From assembly GCF_009914755.1 (NCBI RefSeq), contig NC_060933.1: a stretch of 64,000 nt of DNA; one strand, written 5' to 3'. The notes beneath the pieces were generated by a model that had not been told where the DNA came from, ran no database searches, and worked only from the letters and a program-made list of their open reading frames with translations. Of the stretch, positions 1-12,079 are shown one piece after another. The DNA is from the human T2T-CHM13v2.0 reference genome, Homo sapiens. Numbering within the stretch: the stretch's first letter is position 1; each line of letters starts with the position of its first letter. Made by a program: the position numbers and the translations under genes.

Positions 1-119
1 CTTTTCTCTGAGTTAGCCTGTGTTAAGGAAATTTTGCAGAAACCCTACCCAACTTTAGCTACTGTCTTTACTTGCAAGGCTCACTGGGAGGTGCAGATTT
101 TTAACTCCACCCATTGCCA

Positions 120-198
120 CACCTAAAAATATAGGACTTCTGTTAGTGTGGAAGGAGAGAATAGAACGGGGAGACAACTAGCAGTCTTGGTCACCACA
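120..198 (-). mobile_element. Old ERVL-type LTR fragment (LTR33-like)
   Basis: ...gagacaactagcagtcttggtcaccaca resembles the reverse complement of the recalled LTR33 5' end. Confidence 0.4.
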
Positions 199-339
199 AA
201 TGCCTACTTTGAGGGCCGCTGCTCTTCCCAAATGTCCTAGTGTACGTGGAAGAACACTGTAAAGCTGAAGAGGGTCATGCACAGAAAATCATACTCCTTG
301 GCTCCTCCTACAAGGCCCTTCATGACTGAGCCTCATTCT

Positions 340-916
340 GCTTTTACTCAGCCCAGGTGTCTTCCTCTGGAAGCTTCCCTGGAGTTCCAGGTTGGGCTAA
401 GTGTCCCTTTGCTGTGGTCTCACAATGCCCGCTGGACTTCTGTCCCATCGCTCTCCCCATTACTTTGAAATAACCATCTATGCCTTTATCTTTCCCTCAA
501 GACCTGCACTGAGCACTATGATAGCCAGTAGTCACAGGAGGTGACGGAGCCCTTGAAATGGGGCTAGTCAAAATTCACATGGGGTGTCAAGTACAAAATA
601 AAATGTACTAGATTTCAAAAACATAGTAAAAAGAAAAACAATGTAAAATGTCTCATTAATAATTTTCTATACTGCTTTCATATTTAAATGATAACACTTT
701 AGAGATACTGGGTTAAATGAAATATATTAGTTAAAGGAAGGTCACCTGTTTCTTTTGGTTATTTTAACATGTACTTCTGCGGCTTGCATTTATGGCTTAT
801 GTTGTATTTCTGTTGGTTGGAGTGTAAGCTCCTAGAGGGCAGGAACTAGGTTCTATTGATTTTTGTGTCTCTAGCATCTGCATGGTGTCCGTTTGGTGAG
901 TGTTGGATGGATGAAA
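340..916 (+). mobile_element. L2 3' fragment interrupted by MER33
   Basis: L2-like tgtaagctcctagagggcagg...tgttggatggatgaa resumes after the DNA transposon. Confidence 0.6.
503..815 (-). mobile_element. MER33 (hAT-Charlie non-autonomous DNA transposon)
   Basis: Matches the recalled MER33 reverse complement (ttgaaatgggctagtc...tgtaaaatgtctcattaataattt...ctgggttaaatgaaatatatt...cacctgtttctttt). Confidence 0.8.
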
Positions 917-1089
917 TCATGCATAGGATAAAAGTCTTGGTGCCAATGTAGCAAAGGCAGGAAATAGGGAAAGAAGATAGCAGCAAAGGACAACAACCTG
1001 GCAGAATCAAATGGGCCACACAAGAGGCCTTGAGAAAGCTTCAGAAGAACCAGTGTGTCCCCTATTGTGCAGTGGCTGCTACACAGCCC

Positions 1090-1312
1090 CTGGAATTACA
1101 AGTGGCTTTGTTCAAATCCTGGCACTTCCATTAACCATCAAATGACCTTGACAAGAGATACTGACTCTGAGCCTCCCTCTTCATCTGTAAACCAGCAATG
1201 ATTATAGCACTGACCCCATGACCTTTTGAAAAGAAATGAAGGGGATTATGTTGGCAGGATGCTTGGCATGGCCCCTGAAGCATAATGAATGATCAATACA
1301 TGCTGGCTCTTT
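1090..1312 (+). mobile_element. MIR SINE
   Basis: gttcaaatcctggc...tgaccttgacaag...tctgagcctc...catctgtaaa core. Confidence 0.7.
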
Positions 1313-1624
1313 TTATTAGCTTTTATGGGCCTGTTGTAAAAGAAAAGCCATTTTTAAAAAGTTGCCCGCAGCCAACCAGCATTAAGTCATTTCCCTGCTG
1401 AATATTAAAACAGAATTTTTAATCTGAGATGACAAAAATAATTTGAGCTGGCAGATGGCATAGTGTTGTCACCCACTTTGTTGCTTGGAATTGAATGGAT
1501 TATACATAAATACCGCTGAACTCTTTCCTTGTTTGGAAAAGCACCTGACTCCAAGATCTGCTGCAGTGCTCTGTAGTGTTGCAATGGCCTGGCACCCTAG
1601 TGCTGTGGCACGGCAATGCAGGCA

Positions 1625-2028
1625 ACTGAACTGTTCATGTTGGCCAAATCAGTCAGGACAGGTGGCTGTGCTTTGTAACACACAATCTTCAAATCTCAGT
1701 GGCCTAGAACAAATTTACTTCTCAGTTATTCTGCCTGTCCATCACAGACCACTGTAGGGCCTTTGCTTCATGTTATCCTCACCCAAAAACCCAGGCTAGA
1801 AAGTGCCTGGGATCATGGACGCAAGAAAACAGGAACATGGTGATTCTCACAATGATGTGTAAAATCTTCAGCCAGAAGTGACACGTTGCTCTCACTCACA
1901 CTCATTAGACAAAGCAAGCCATATGTCCGCGCCTAACTTGAGGGAGTAGGGAAGTGTAATCTCATCATGTGACTAGAAGAAGGAGACAAGAATGAATGCC
2001 CATGAACAGCTCTGATGACCGCCACTGC
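1625..2028 (-). mobile_element. MaLR LTR (MLT1K/L-like)
   Basis: tgtaacacacaatcttcaaatctcagtggcctagaacaaatttacttctc motif of old MLT1 elements. Confidence 0.6.
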
Positions 2029-2174
2029 CTGAGTAGATGGTTTCACGATGGCAGAGAGATGATGCCACCCAGTGTCCCAAGATCAAATTCTGGTATGTTA
2101 ACAAAATCCTCCTCAGTTTCACATCAATAGAATATAAAGAAATACAAATTTAAAGGATCTACTTATTTTTTTTT

Positions 2175-2775
2175 CAGAACAACTGAATTAGGCAGTATTT
2201 AAAAACTTCCAATGTCCAATTTTTATGAGGTTTCAGTGAAATGATACTTTCAAACACTGCTGGAATCATCATAAATCACAAAACAGAACATGTGTTTTGG
2301 GAAGCAATTTGGCAGCATGTAGCAGAGCAAAAAACAAAAAGTTCATATCCTTTGGCAGAGTTGTCCAACCTCTTAGGATTGATCTGAATGAAACCATCCA
2401 AAAGCTACCCCTCCCAAAGACGTCTATTTATTTATAATTTTCAAAGTTGCTACTACTAATTATAATAGAAAAAATATTATTTATGATAGAAAAAAGCAGA
2501 AACTATTTAAATGTTCTACTTTAGGCGATTGGTTAAGCAAATTACAGGAATTCTCATGTGGACTATTATTTATATATTTTTGAAGTCATAAAGTCTAACA
2601 AACATGAAAATATGCTTATTATAGAGCATTAAATGAAGATGGTGAATATAAAATAACATTTAAATAATGATCACAACTATTCAAAAATGGATACAAAACA
2701 AAAATGCAGAAAATAATTAAACCAAAATGCTAACAGTGATATATTAGCCTTATTTTTATCTCAAATATAATAATG
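2175..2775 (+). mobile_element. Ancient L1ME 3' fragment
   Basis: ttttgggaagcaatttggcagcatgta...catatcctttg, and AT-rich L1M 3' UTR motifs. Confidence 0.6.
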
Positions 2776-3504
2776 AAAAATAAACTTTAACATGGAATCG
2801 GAACAAACTAAAATGTATCTTCAGTTGAGAGGGGTTCTCTGAAGCAGCTGCTTGGGCAGAAGCTCTATTTAGAACATGGTCTGTCCATGAGAACAGGGAT
2901 CTGTAATAGTGCCTTTTCTTAGTAGGTGCTCAAAAACAGTTATTGTATAAATAAAAGGAAAAAGATGAATAAAGAAAAAATAGAAAAGGAATAAATGAAT
3001 GTTGAGCTGAGAACATGAAAGTCGAAGGGCCATCTCTCTTAAGACCCCTGAATAGGTAACATTAATCACTAATGAGAGAAGTCATTTTCAGGCCCAGAAA
3101 GAACAGCTTCCCAGGGTCAGTTCTGTATGGGCAAGAAGGTCTAGCGGCCACAAACCAAATGGAAAAAACTCTTTACCTCCTTGACATTACCTCTCAAAAA
3201 TCTCCTCCACTTTGGTTTCCTTCTCCCATTCAACCATTCCTCCCTGGATTTTGCTCCTCCTACCCCCAAGACTGGTCCAGAACAGAGTTTGAGCTGAAAA
3301 GCTGCCTGTTAGAAAGAACAAGGTGTTTTCTCTTAACCAAAGAGAAAATGAGATAAGGGTGATCTTACTGTCACTCTGTGATCTTCCTTGTTCTTTTAAT
3401 GATCTGCTCCAAACTCAGATCACTTAATGGAATGCCCAGGAAAGCCTGTAAGTTTTCCATAAGTTTCCTTATGAAATACAGACCATACTTAATTTAAATA
3501 TACA

Positions 3505-3750
3505 AGACAGCCATGTACAGTTGTGCAGGATGTGCATTGCACAACCCTGGGACCATGTTTTTTTTTTTATCAAAAGCATCATAGATTTATTTATTATAAA
3601 TTCTTTAGCAAATGGCAGTGAATTCATTTTTCTAACAAAATCAGTATATCATAACTTTATGACAGATGAAAGAAAAAACCTGTCTTAAGGAAGGTTGGTT
3701 TTTTTCTTCCCAATTTGGACAAGGTGCCATGTGGACTATGATAGTCCTTG
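3505..3750 (+). mobile_element. MER91-like hAT-Tip100 DNA transposon
   Basis: gccatgtacagttgtgcaggatgtgcattgcacaa start; aatttggacaaggtgccatgtggacta end. Confidence 0.6.
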
Positions 3751-4349
3751 AGCACACCGATTAGTCCTTGCCTGTTCTTCCATGGTCTACCCTGGAAAGG
3801 GGTGGCATACTCAAGTCCTTCACGGTCACACAGGTGCCATAAATAGGTGAAGAAGGCCAAGTATGTGTATCTTTAGAAAGGAGGGAGGGTTGTAAAAAGC
3901 TACATTGGAGGGCACAATATGGAAATTTCCCAATATGGAAATTCTATAAGTGGACAAACAATATATTGTCTCATCAATAAATTATTAATAAAGAGTTTCC
4001 TTCCCCGAGGTGGGTTTAATATAGCACACTGCCTCTTCATACATGGTCAGTGGGCCCATAGGATGCAATATACTCTCCTGAGATTCCATGAATCAAACTG
4101 GTTTGGAGGTATCACTACCTTATCTGGGAAGCATAGGGAGGTTTCTCTTACAAAGAGAAGTTGAGAGAGTTGTGGGAGGCACTTATCTGGTGACAAAGTG
4201 CTCAAAAAATGGAAAATCAATAAAATAAAATATTACATCCTTAGCACCCAGCACAGTACCTGAAGGGCTGGGAGTTCTAAACACTGAATAAATATTTCTT
4301 AAACTGAGTAACAGACAGTATAAACAGTTTCCCCTAGTTAAGTCTAAAA

Positions 4350-4540
4350 AAGAGAAGGACCCTCAGTTCCAGGAAATATCCACCCCTTTCCCAGAAAACT
4401 CATGAATAATCCACCCCGTTTAGCATATACTCAAGAAGTAACTATAAGTATACTCAGTCAAGCAGCTCATGCCGCTGCTCTGACTATGGATTAGACTTTT
4501 TTTATTATTCCTTTGCTTTCGTAATAAACTTGCTTTAATT
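4350..4540 (+). mobile_element. MER41 LTR internal fragment (ERV1)
   Basis: cacccctttcccagaaaactcatgaataatccacccc...tttagcatata...ctgctctgactatgga...taataaacttgcttt. Confidence 0.8.
4367..4396 (+). promoter_or_regulatory. Tandem GAS (STAT) motifs TTCCAGGAA and TTCCCAGAA
   Basis: Two TTCnnnGAA matches at 4367-4375 and 4388-4396 inside MER41. Confidence 0.55.
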
Positions 4541-4771
4541 TTAGCCAAGAACAGAAAATTTTAATTGAACTAGAAGTTCTTTTCATAAGTAAAAATTTTT
4601 AAAATAGCTGTATGGTATTCCAAACCACCCATCGCCTGAAGATGAACACTTTTGTTGTTTTCAGTATATTGCTATTACGAATAATGATTTAATGTTAATA
4701 GTTTCTTAAATTTCATTTTGCTCATTTATGAATATGTTTAGGTTAAATTCCTAGAAGTCAGATCAAAAGAC

Positions 4772-4788
4772 ATACATATATATATATA

Positions 4789-4836
<48 letters not shown>
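4772..4836. repeat. Compound (TA)n(TG)n(TA)n(T)n microsatellite
   Basis: Read directly. Confidence 0.95.
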
Positions 4837-4854
4837 ATTGTAAAATATATTGCC

Positions 4855-5134
4855 AGCCAGGTGCAGTGGCTCACACCTGTAATCCCAGCACTTTGGGAGG
4901 CTGAGGTGGGCGGATCGCTTAGGTCAGGAGTTCGAAACCAGCTTGGCCAACATGGTAAAGCCCCCATTTCTACTAAGTATACAAAAATTAGCCACGTGTG
5001 GTGGCAGGTGCCTGTAATCCCAGTTACTCAGGAGGCTGAGGCAGGAGAATCACCTGTGCCCCGGAGGTGGTGGTTGCAGTGAGACGAGATCACACTATTG
5101 CACTCCAGCCTGGGCAACAGAGTGAGACTCTGTC

Positions 5135-5136
<2 letters not shown>
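4855..5136 (+). mobile_element. AluS (Sx-like), full length, without a poly-A tail
   Basis: Both monomers present; followed by (TCTG)n(TC)n(TA)n. Confidence 0.95.
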
Positions 5137-5167
<31 letters not shown>

Positions 5168-5211
5168 GTGTCTGTCTGTCGGTCTCTCTCTCTCTCTCTA
5201 TATATATATAT
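5131..5211. repeat. (TCTG)n-(TC)n-(TA)n compound microsatellite
   Basis: Read directly. Confidence 0.95.
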
Positions 5212-5264
5212 GAAATTAAAAATCAGCTAGGCATAATGGTATTCCCCTATGCCCCATATGTAAT

Positions 5265-5946
5265 TTATATATGTAACATATATAACATATGTTATATTAT
5301 ATATGTTATTTTTATATATAAAATATGTTATATAATATATAATATAAATAATATATAATATGTTATGTATAATATATAATATGAATAATATATAATGTTA
5401 CATATAATATATAATATGAATAATATATATTATATGTTACATATAATATATAATATGAATAATATATATTATATGTAACATATAATATATATTATTCATA
5501 TTATATATTATATATGTTACATATAATATATAATATAAATACTATATATTATATATGTTACATGTAATATATAATGTAAATAATATATATTATATGTTAC
5601 ATGTAATATATAATGTAAATAATATATAATATATGTTACATGTAATATATAATGTAAATAATATATATTATATGTTACATATAATATATAATGTAAATAA
5701 TATATATTATATATGTTACATATAATATATAATGTAAATAATATATATTATATGTTACATATAATATATAATATAAATAATATATATTATATGTTATATA
5801 TAATATATAATATAAATAATATATTATATATTTAACATATATAATATATAATATAAATAATTTATTATATACGTAAAATGTATAATATATAATATAAATA
5901 ATTTATTATATATGTAAAATATATAATATATGTAATATCTATACAC
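5265..5946. repeat. AT-rich minisatellite, ~39-bp unit (tgttacatgtaatatataatgtaaataatatatattata)
   Basis: Units repeat through 5390-5930; one inverted unit near 5471-5520. Confidence 0.9.
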
Positions 5947-5969
5947 ATTATATTTGGGGCATAGGGGAC

Positions 5970-6127
5970 TACCACTATGCCCGGATCACTTTTAATTTTT
6001 TTTTTTTGGTAGAGTCAGGGTCTGCCTGTGTTGCCCAGGCTGGTCTCAAACTCCCAGCCTCAAGCAATTCTCCCATCTTGGCTTCTCAGAGTGCTGGGAT
6101 CAAAGGCGTGAGCCACGGCACGCTGCC
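5970..6127 (-). mobile_element. AluJ left monomer / FLAM plus A-rich linker
   Basis: tgttgcccaggctggtctcaaactcc...gctgggatcaaaggcgtgagccac. Confidence 0.85.
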
Positions 6128-6885
6128 AGAACATTTTCTTTTGTTTTAATTTATTAAATGATATTTATTCCTTTCATGCTCCTAAGAGAGCTGAGAGATT
6201 TGAATGCATTTTGAAGAAGAAAGAGGGGGATACAAATGTTAATGCTGAGCACAGTGTGTCCTATAACAAATAACTATGTTCTACTTCACCCGGAAGCTAA
6301 TAGTCACATGCAGCAAATTGCAAACTATAAAGATTCTCAAGTTCCACTAGTCAGCCACCCCAGCCTCCTGCTCTTGCTACTGTAATTGTTAAGAGAGTAT
6401 TTCAAGGCAGCTCCAATACTTTTGATCATTACACTTTAGACGACCAGCAGATTAATCAACTTGTAGATGAGTGACATCCTTTCTTTGTAGCTCCTCATAC
6501 CCCAAGTCATGTTTTTGTGAACTTTTCAAGCATTATGAGTTTTTTCAACTTTTGTTATGAAAAATCTCAAATGTACATAGTTAGATTAATATACAGAATC
6601 CTATTCCCAAGATTTAAAATTTGTTAAGATTTTTTTCATCTTAATTCATCTGTACTGCCGTGCCTTTTGGGGAATTTTTTTTTTTGCTGTACATTTTAAA
6701 GCTAATTCCAGACATCATGTTATTTTACCCATAAATCTTTCAGTAGAACGCATATTTTGTGCACTTGCTCAGCAGGAAACAGGGACCAGAGAAGATGGTT
6801 GCTATAATAAATACTGAGAGCAGAGAGGCATACAGCAGTCATGCTCCAGCTGGGTTTAAATGAAGTATGAGTTTTCCCTATAAGA

Positions 6886-6941
6886 GAAAAAAATTGAAAA
6901 ACAGCTGCTAGAAGAAAAAAATTGAAAAACAGCTGGTAGAA
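6886..6941. repeat. 28-bp tandem duplication (1 mismatch)
   Basis: gaaaaaaattgaaaaacagctg(c/g)tagaa twice. Confidence 0.9.
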
Positions 6942-7039
6942 AGTTGGAGTTTTTACTTTTTGCCTTCTTTTGTAATCGTCTGAAGCATAACTTCACATAT
7001 ACTCAATGAAATATCATCTATGATATGGAAAAGGGACAT

Positions 7040-9380
7040 AAAACATAAACAGTTATAGCTTGTAATTCCAATTCTCCTCCCTCAATAATTAATAGAACAA
7101 GTAGACCAAGAACCATTAGGGATCAACCAACTTGACCCAACTGATATTTAGAGAAAACGCCACCCAACAAGAACAAAACACACATTCTTTTTAAGTGCTC
7201 ATGGAACATTCACCAACATGGACCATATTGTGGGCCATAAAACAGACTCCAACAAATGTGAAACCATTAATATCGTACAGAGCATTTTCCCAGATCAAGA
7301 AAGAATTCAACTAGAAATCATAACCAAGAGATATCTGGAAAATCCCCAAATGATTGGAAATTAAACATCCCCAAATAATCCATGGATCAAAAAATAAATC
7401 CATAGGTCAAAGAGAAAATAACAATAAAAATTAGAAAATATATTGAACTGTATAGCAAGGAAACCACAACATACCCAAATTTATGAGATGTTGCTAGAGC
7501 AGAGTGTGGAAAGAAATGTCCAGCATTAAAGGAGTGCATTACAACAAAGGAAAGAATTTAACAATCTAAGCTTAAGTTAGAGAAGTGTAATCAGAGAAAC
7601 AAAGTAATCAGAGAAAAGAAAATAACAAAGATGAGAGAAAGAATCAATAAGATAGAAAATGGACAAAATAGAGAAAAATGAATGAAACCAAAAGCTGTTT
7701 CATTGAAAAGATCAACAAAATTGATAAGCCTCTTGTTAGGCTAATCAAGAAAATAAAAAGATAAGACCTATTATCAATATAAAACATGAGATATTTGAAG
7801 AAATGACACCAATTCTATACAGTTCCCCAAAGATTAGGGAGCATGTCCCAGCTCATTTTATAAGGCCAATATTACTCTGATACCCAAGCCCCACAAAGGC
7901 ATTAAGAAAACTACAAAGCAATACCAAATAAACACAGACACAAAAATCATTTATAAAATTCTAGCAAACTTAATCTAGCAATATCTTAAAAGGGTCATAC
8001 ATCATGACAATGAGGTTTAACTCAGAAATTCAAGGTTGTTTTAGCATTGAAAAATCCATATATTAACAGACTAAAATAAAAATGATATAATCATCTCTGT
8101 AGATTCAGAAAAAGCATTTCATGAAACATACATTCAAAGTAGAAACTCTCGGCAAATTAGAAATATAATAGACCTTTCTCAGCTTAATAAAGGGCATCTA
8201 TTTTAAAAAAAACCTACAGCTAACACGAGGGAAAGTAAATACTCTCGAGTTCATGAAAGAGGCAAGGATGCTCACTCTCTTCTATACAACATTGTACATT
8301 GTACTAGAGCACCTAGCTGATGCAATAAGGCAAAAAAAAAAAAAGAAAAAAAAGGAAGGAAGGCGAGACATACAGACAGGATAGGAAGAAAGTAAAACTG
8401 TCTCTAATCACAGCTGATATAACCACTTATGTAGAAACTTCTAGGAATCTATCCAAAAAATCATATAAGAACTAAGTGACTTAGCAAGGTTGCAGGATAC
8501 AAGGCTAACACACAAAAAGATCAACTGTCTTTCCAAAGCAATGGATAACAATCGGATACTAAATTTGAGGTAGGAGGCTATATGACGAGGAACAGGATAT
8601 TTGTGGGATCTCAAAGTGCTTTTGCACAGATTGCTTATGAGTTATGGCTAACAGGGAAAGAAGAGTAACTTTGCAGTGGAGGAACTGGAAAACATCCTGA
8701 TCTGGTGATCAAAACCAATGAGGGGTAGATGGGCTTTGGTGCTCCCTGATGTGATATCCTGAGAAGGACACAATAGAACTTGGGTAGTTTTCTGCCTGGG
8801 GATGTGTAAACTAATCTTTTCATGAGGAAACCAGAAAAGAAACACAAATGGGGAATATTCTATAACATAACTGGTCCATATTCTTTGAATATATCCATGT
8901 CATAAAAGAAAGAAAAGGCTGAAGAACTGTTTCAAATTAAAGGAGACTAAAGAAACATGACAACTAAATGCAAGACTTGGTCCTGGGCCAGATCCAGTAA
9001 TGGAGAGGGAAAAATATGCTATAAAGGCATAAATTGGGACCATTTATGAAATTGGACTATGGGCTATAGATCAAGCAAATATTATATAAATGTTAAATTC
9101 CTGAATTTGATAACTCTACTATGGTTACGTAAGAGAATATTCTTATTCACAGGCAATGCCCAATGAAGTACAAAGGGTAAAGGAATGTGTCATATGCAAA
9201 TTATTCTCAAAAGGTTCAGAAATAAAATTATGTGATTATATATGTGCACACACACATACAGAGAAAGAGATAAACCCAATGTGACAAAACACTACACATT
9301 AATGAATCTATTTAAAGGGTATTCATAAGTTCTCTGTTATGTTTATGTAACTGTTCTGTAAGTTTGAAAATTTTTCAAAT
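7040..9380 (+). mobile_element. Old L1M (L1MC/L1MD-like): decayed ORF2 pieces and 3' UTR with internal deletions
   Basis: catggaacattcacc, aaaccaaaagctgtttcattgaaaagatcaacaaaattgataagcc, agcaaggttgcaggatacaag, and the L1MC-type 3' motif aaaggagactaaagaaacatgacaactaaatgcaa. Confidence 0.8.
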
Positions 9381-9599
9381 TCCTGAAGAAAGCTTTCCAT
9401 GACTCATAAGTCCCCAGAATGAAGTCTGCCGGTGTCTCTATTTGTTTTTGACAGTTAGTGAAACGTTGATAAAAGTTGGTTTTCCCATGTTCTTGATATC
9501 ATCCCATATAATGACATGAGTTTTCTACGTTAGACGGCAGCAGCCAATGCAATGAAAGGTGAAGGGGAAGTCTGGAGGACATAGAAAGAGAAGGGGCCT

Positions 9600-9765
9600 T
9601 GTATTTTATTTTTGTCACCTAGGCAATTTTCTTAATAGTTGTGAGCCTTAGTGTCTTTGCTGAAAAATGGGAATAATGAAATATACCAACCTCATGGATC
9701 TGCTATGAGAATTACAGTGAGAGAGGGTATAAATGCGTACCTTTAAAAAGTATATAAAAATGATA
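9600..9765 (+). mobile_element. MIR
   Basis: tgagccttagtgtc...aaaatgggaataat core. Confidence 0.55.
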
Positions 9766-9779
9766 TCATTCCCAGACCA

Positions 9780-10322
9780 TGTCAAGCCCCTGCTACAAGT
9801 TCTCCAAAGCTTCTCATCTCCCTCAAAACATAGCTAAAGTCCTCATTATGGTCCCTAGTGTCTCACCTGACCAGGCCTCTAGCAATCTGATCCTGTCTCC
9901 TGCCTTCTCCTCCATCCTTTGAACACATCTTGCTTCAAGGGCTTTGTAGTTCTGCTCCCTCTGTCTGGACCACCCTTAGCACAGATGCACACGGCTCCTC
10001 CCCATCCCCATTGTAGTTTTCTACTCAGATGTCATCTTATTATGAGGCTACCCCCTCCAAAATTACCTATATGTAGTACATTGATTTAATTCCCAGCTAT
10101 TCTCTGTTTCTTATTCTGGTTTGTCTTTTCCACACTTATCGCACGTAACCCACTATATGTTTATTTGCTTATTGTCTGTGTCCCTTCCTGAAAATGTCAG
10201 CTTTGTAACTGTAAGAACTTCTATTTCTTCAGTGCTGTATCTTCAGCACATAAAGAAGTACTTGGCACATAACTGACTCTCAATAAGTATTTGTTGAATG
10301 ACTGGATGAATGGATAGATGAA
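9780..10322 (+). mobile_element. L2a 3' end
   Basis: ggcacataactgactctcaataagtatttgttgaatgactggatgaatg terminus. Confidence 0.75.
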
Positions 10323-10437
10323 CAGGAATTAACCTTGCAGATATCTTGTAAGTACATAGTCAATGCTTCACAGATATTACTGTAAGTCCATTAATTAAAC
10401 TTTAAAAAAAAAAAACTTAAAAAAATTTTTGACACTT

Positions 10438-10712
10438 GGCCAGGTGCGGTGGCTCACACCTATAATCCCAGCAATTTAGGAGGCCAAGGCAAGTGGATCA
10501 CCTGAGATCAGGAGTTCAAGACCAGTTTGGACTACATGATAAAACCCCATCTCTACTAAAAACACAAAAATTAGCTGGGTGTGGTGGCACGCGCCCGTAA
10601 TCCCAGCTACTCAGGAGACTGAGGCACGAGAACCACTTGAACCCGGGAGGCAGTGGTTGCACTGAGCGAGATTGTGCCATTGCACTCCAGCCTGGGTGAC
10701 AGAGTGAGACTC
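10438..10712 (+). mobile_element. AluS, full length, followed by a T-run
   Basis: Both monomers; flanks ...tttttgacact / ...tttttatgacact. Confidence 0.95.
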
Positions 10713-10959
10713 TTTTTTTTTTTTTATGACACTCATTAAATATTCCCACTGCTTCCAAAATACACTGAATTAAAATATATTTTATTTTTAGGATTTCATA
10801 CCAGTATTTGAGATTACTGGAGATTATCTGACATATGACCAAATCAGGCTTGGAAATCACTGAGTCACAATTCTGAAGAAGGAAGAGAGGGAAGAAATAG
10901 TCCTCACACTGTCATATTTGTATATTTGATCATTTCTTTCCTAGTAGTGCCTCCTAATT

Positions 10960-11491
10960 ATCAACACAGGTCAACCCCCCAGTGAAGGTGGATTTATTTT
11001 TTACCCAAGTTTCAGATACTTGGCAGCTGTTCACTCATTTCTAAATATAAAACAAAAGCCTTGCATTTCAAACTCCACATCCTCTTATTCCAGGAAATCA
11101 GCACACATCTTGAAAACTCAGTGATTGTATCTGATAGGCAGTGATATAAGTAGACAGCCTTCTGTCAACACCCAGGCTGACAAATGACAATCAAGATCCA
11201 CTGCCACCTGGGATCTGGGCCATCTGGGACCTTCCAAGTCACATCCTGAGATAAGGCTTATCCTGATTTTCATTACCGAAGATAGGAATTTCTTGCTTTT
11301 ATTAAAACTGACCCAAATGTAATCCAATCAGGATTGCAAGATGTTATATTTGACCTATAAATATAAGTAAACATGGCTCTCTTTATCTGGGAGCCATTTG
11401 TTGTGAAGGCAGAATTCCTTCATATATGTTTTACTGTTGCAGATAAAACTCAGTATTAAAAAAATGTTTTTTATTTTTTTGACTTTTAACA
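10960..11491 (+). mobile_element. Probable old ERV1-class solo LTR (family not assigned)
   Basis: ccaatc box, tataaata box and ...gacttttaaca end in LTR order. Confidence 0.4.
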
Positions 11492-12079
11492 TAAAGGACC
11501 CACCAAGATGTCCACATGGACTGATCCACCAGGGCTAACCAAGCTGCACTGCCCAAGAAGTACAACCTACAAACCCCTTATAACTAGGCCTGTCTTCCTT
11601 GGCTTCTGGGGTGCAGCTAACTGAACCGAGAGAGTGATTTTGCTCTCACTGAGTCTGTTTCTAAATTATTTCCGGTTTATTGCTATCCGAATACCTGGTT
11701 GTATTTCTGTCTCAAGCCTACTTAAATTATTTTTATCTAATGGATATCTGGTCCCCTCAAATAAGTGAAAAGCCCTGAGGCTGGTATTTATCCTCATTCA
11801 GTGTTGTTTCTCTGTAGTTTTCAGGATATCTTGAATGACTGAAGCACCTACTTCTCTATAACCAGGTTGGTGGGGGCATAATTTTTCAAGGTGTGAGGCT
11901 TGTCGCAATTGAATTATTAAGAGAGGTATACTATGGAATATCTTATACTACAAATATCATTTTATCTTAGCTGTAGAGGAAATTCTAAATTGCCTCAACC
12001 ATGTCTGTATTTCCTACAAAGATTGTTCATGTATGTGTTTGTGTCTAGTTTGATCTGATGTATGAATTAAGCTTCCTAT

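Noticed and set aside
5265-5946. Regularly spaced ~39-bp repeats as a CRISPR-like array
   Set aside because: No unique spacers, and the context is eukaryotic; this is a minisatellite.
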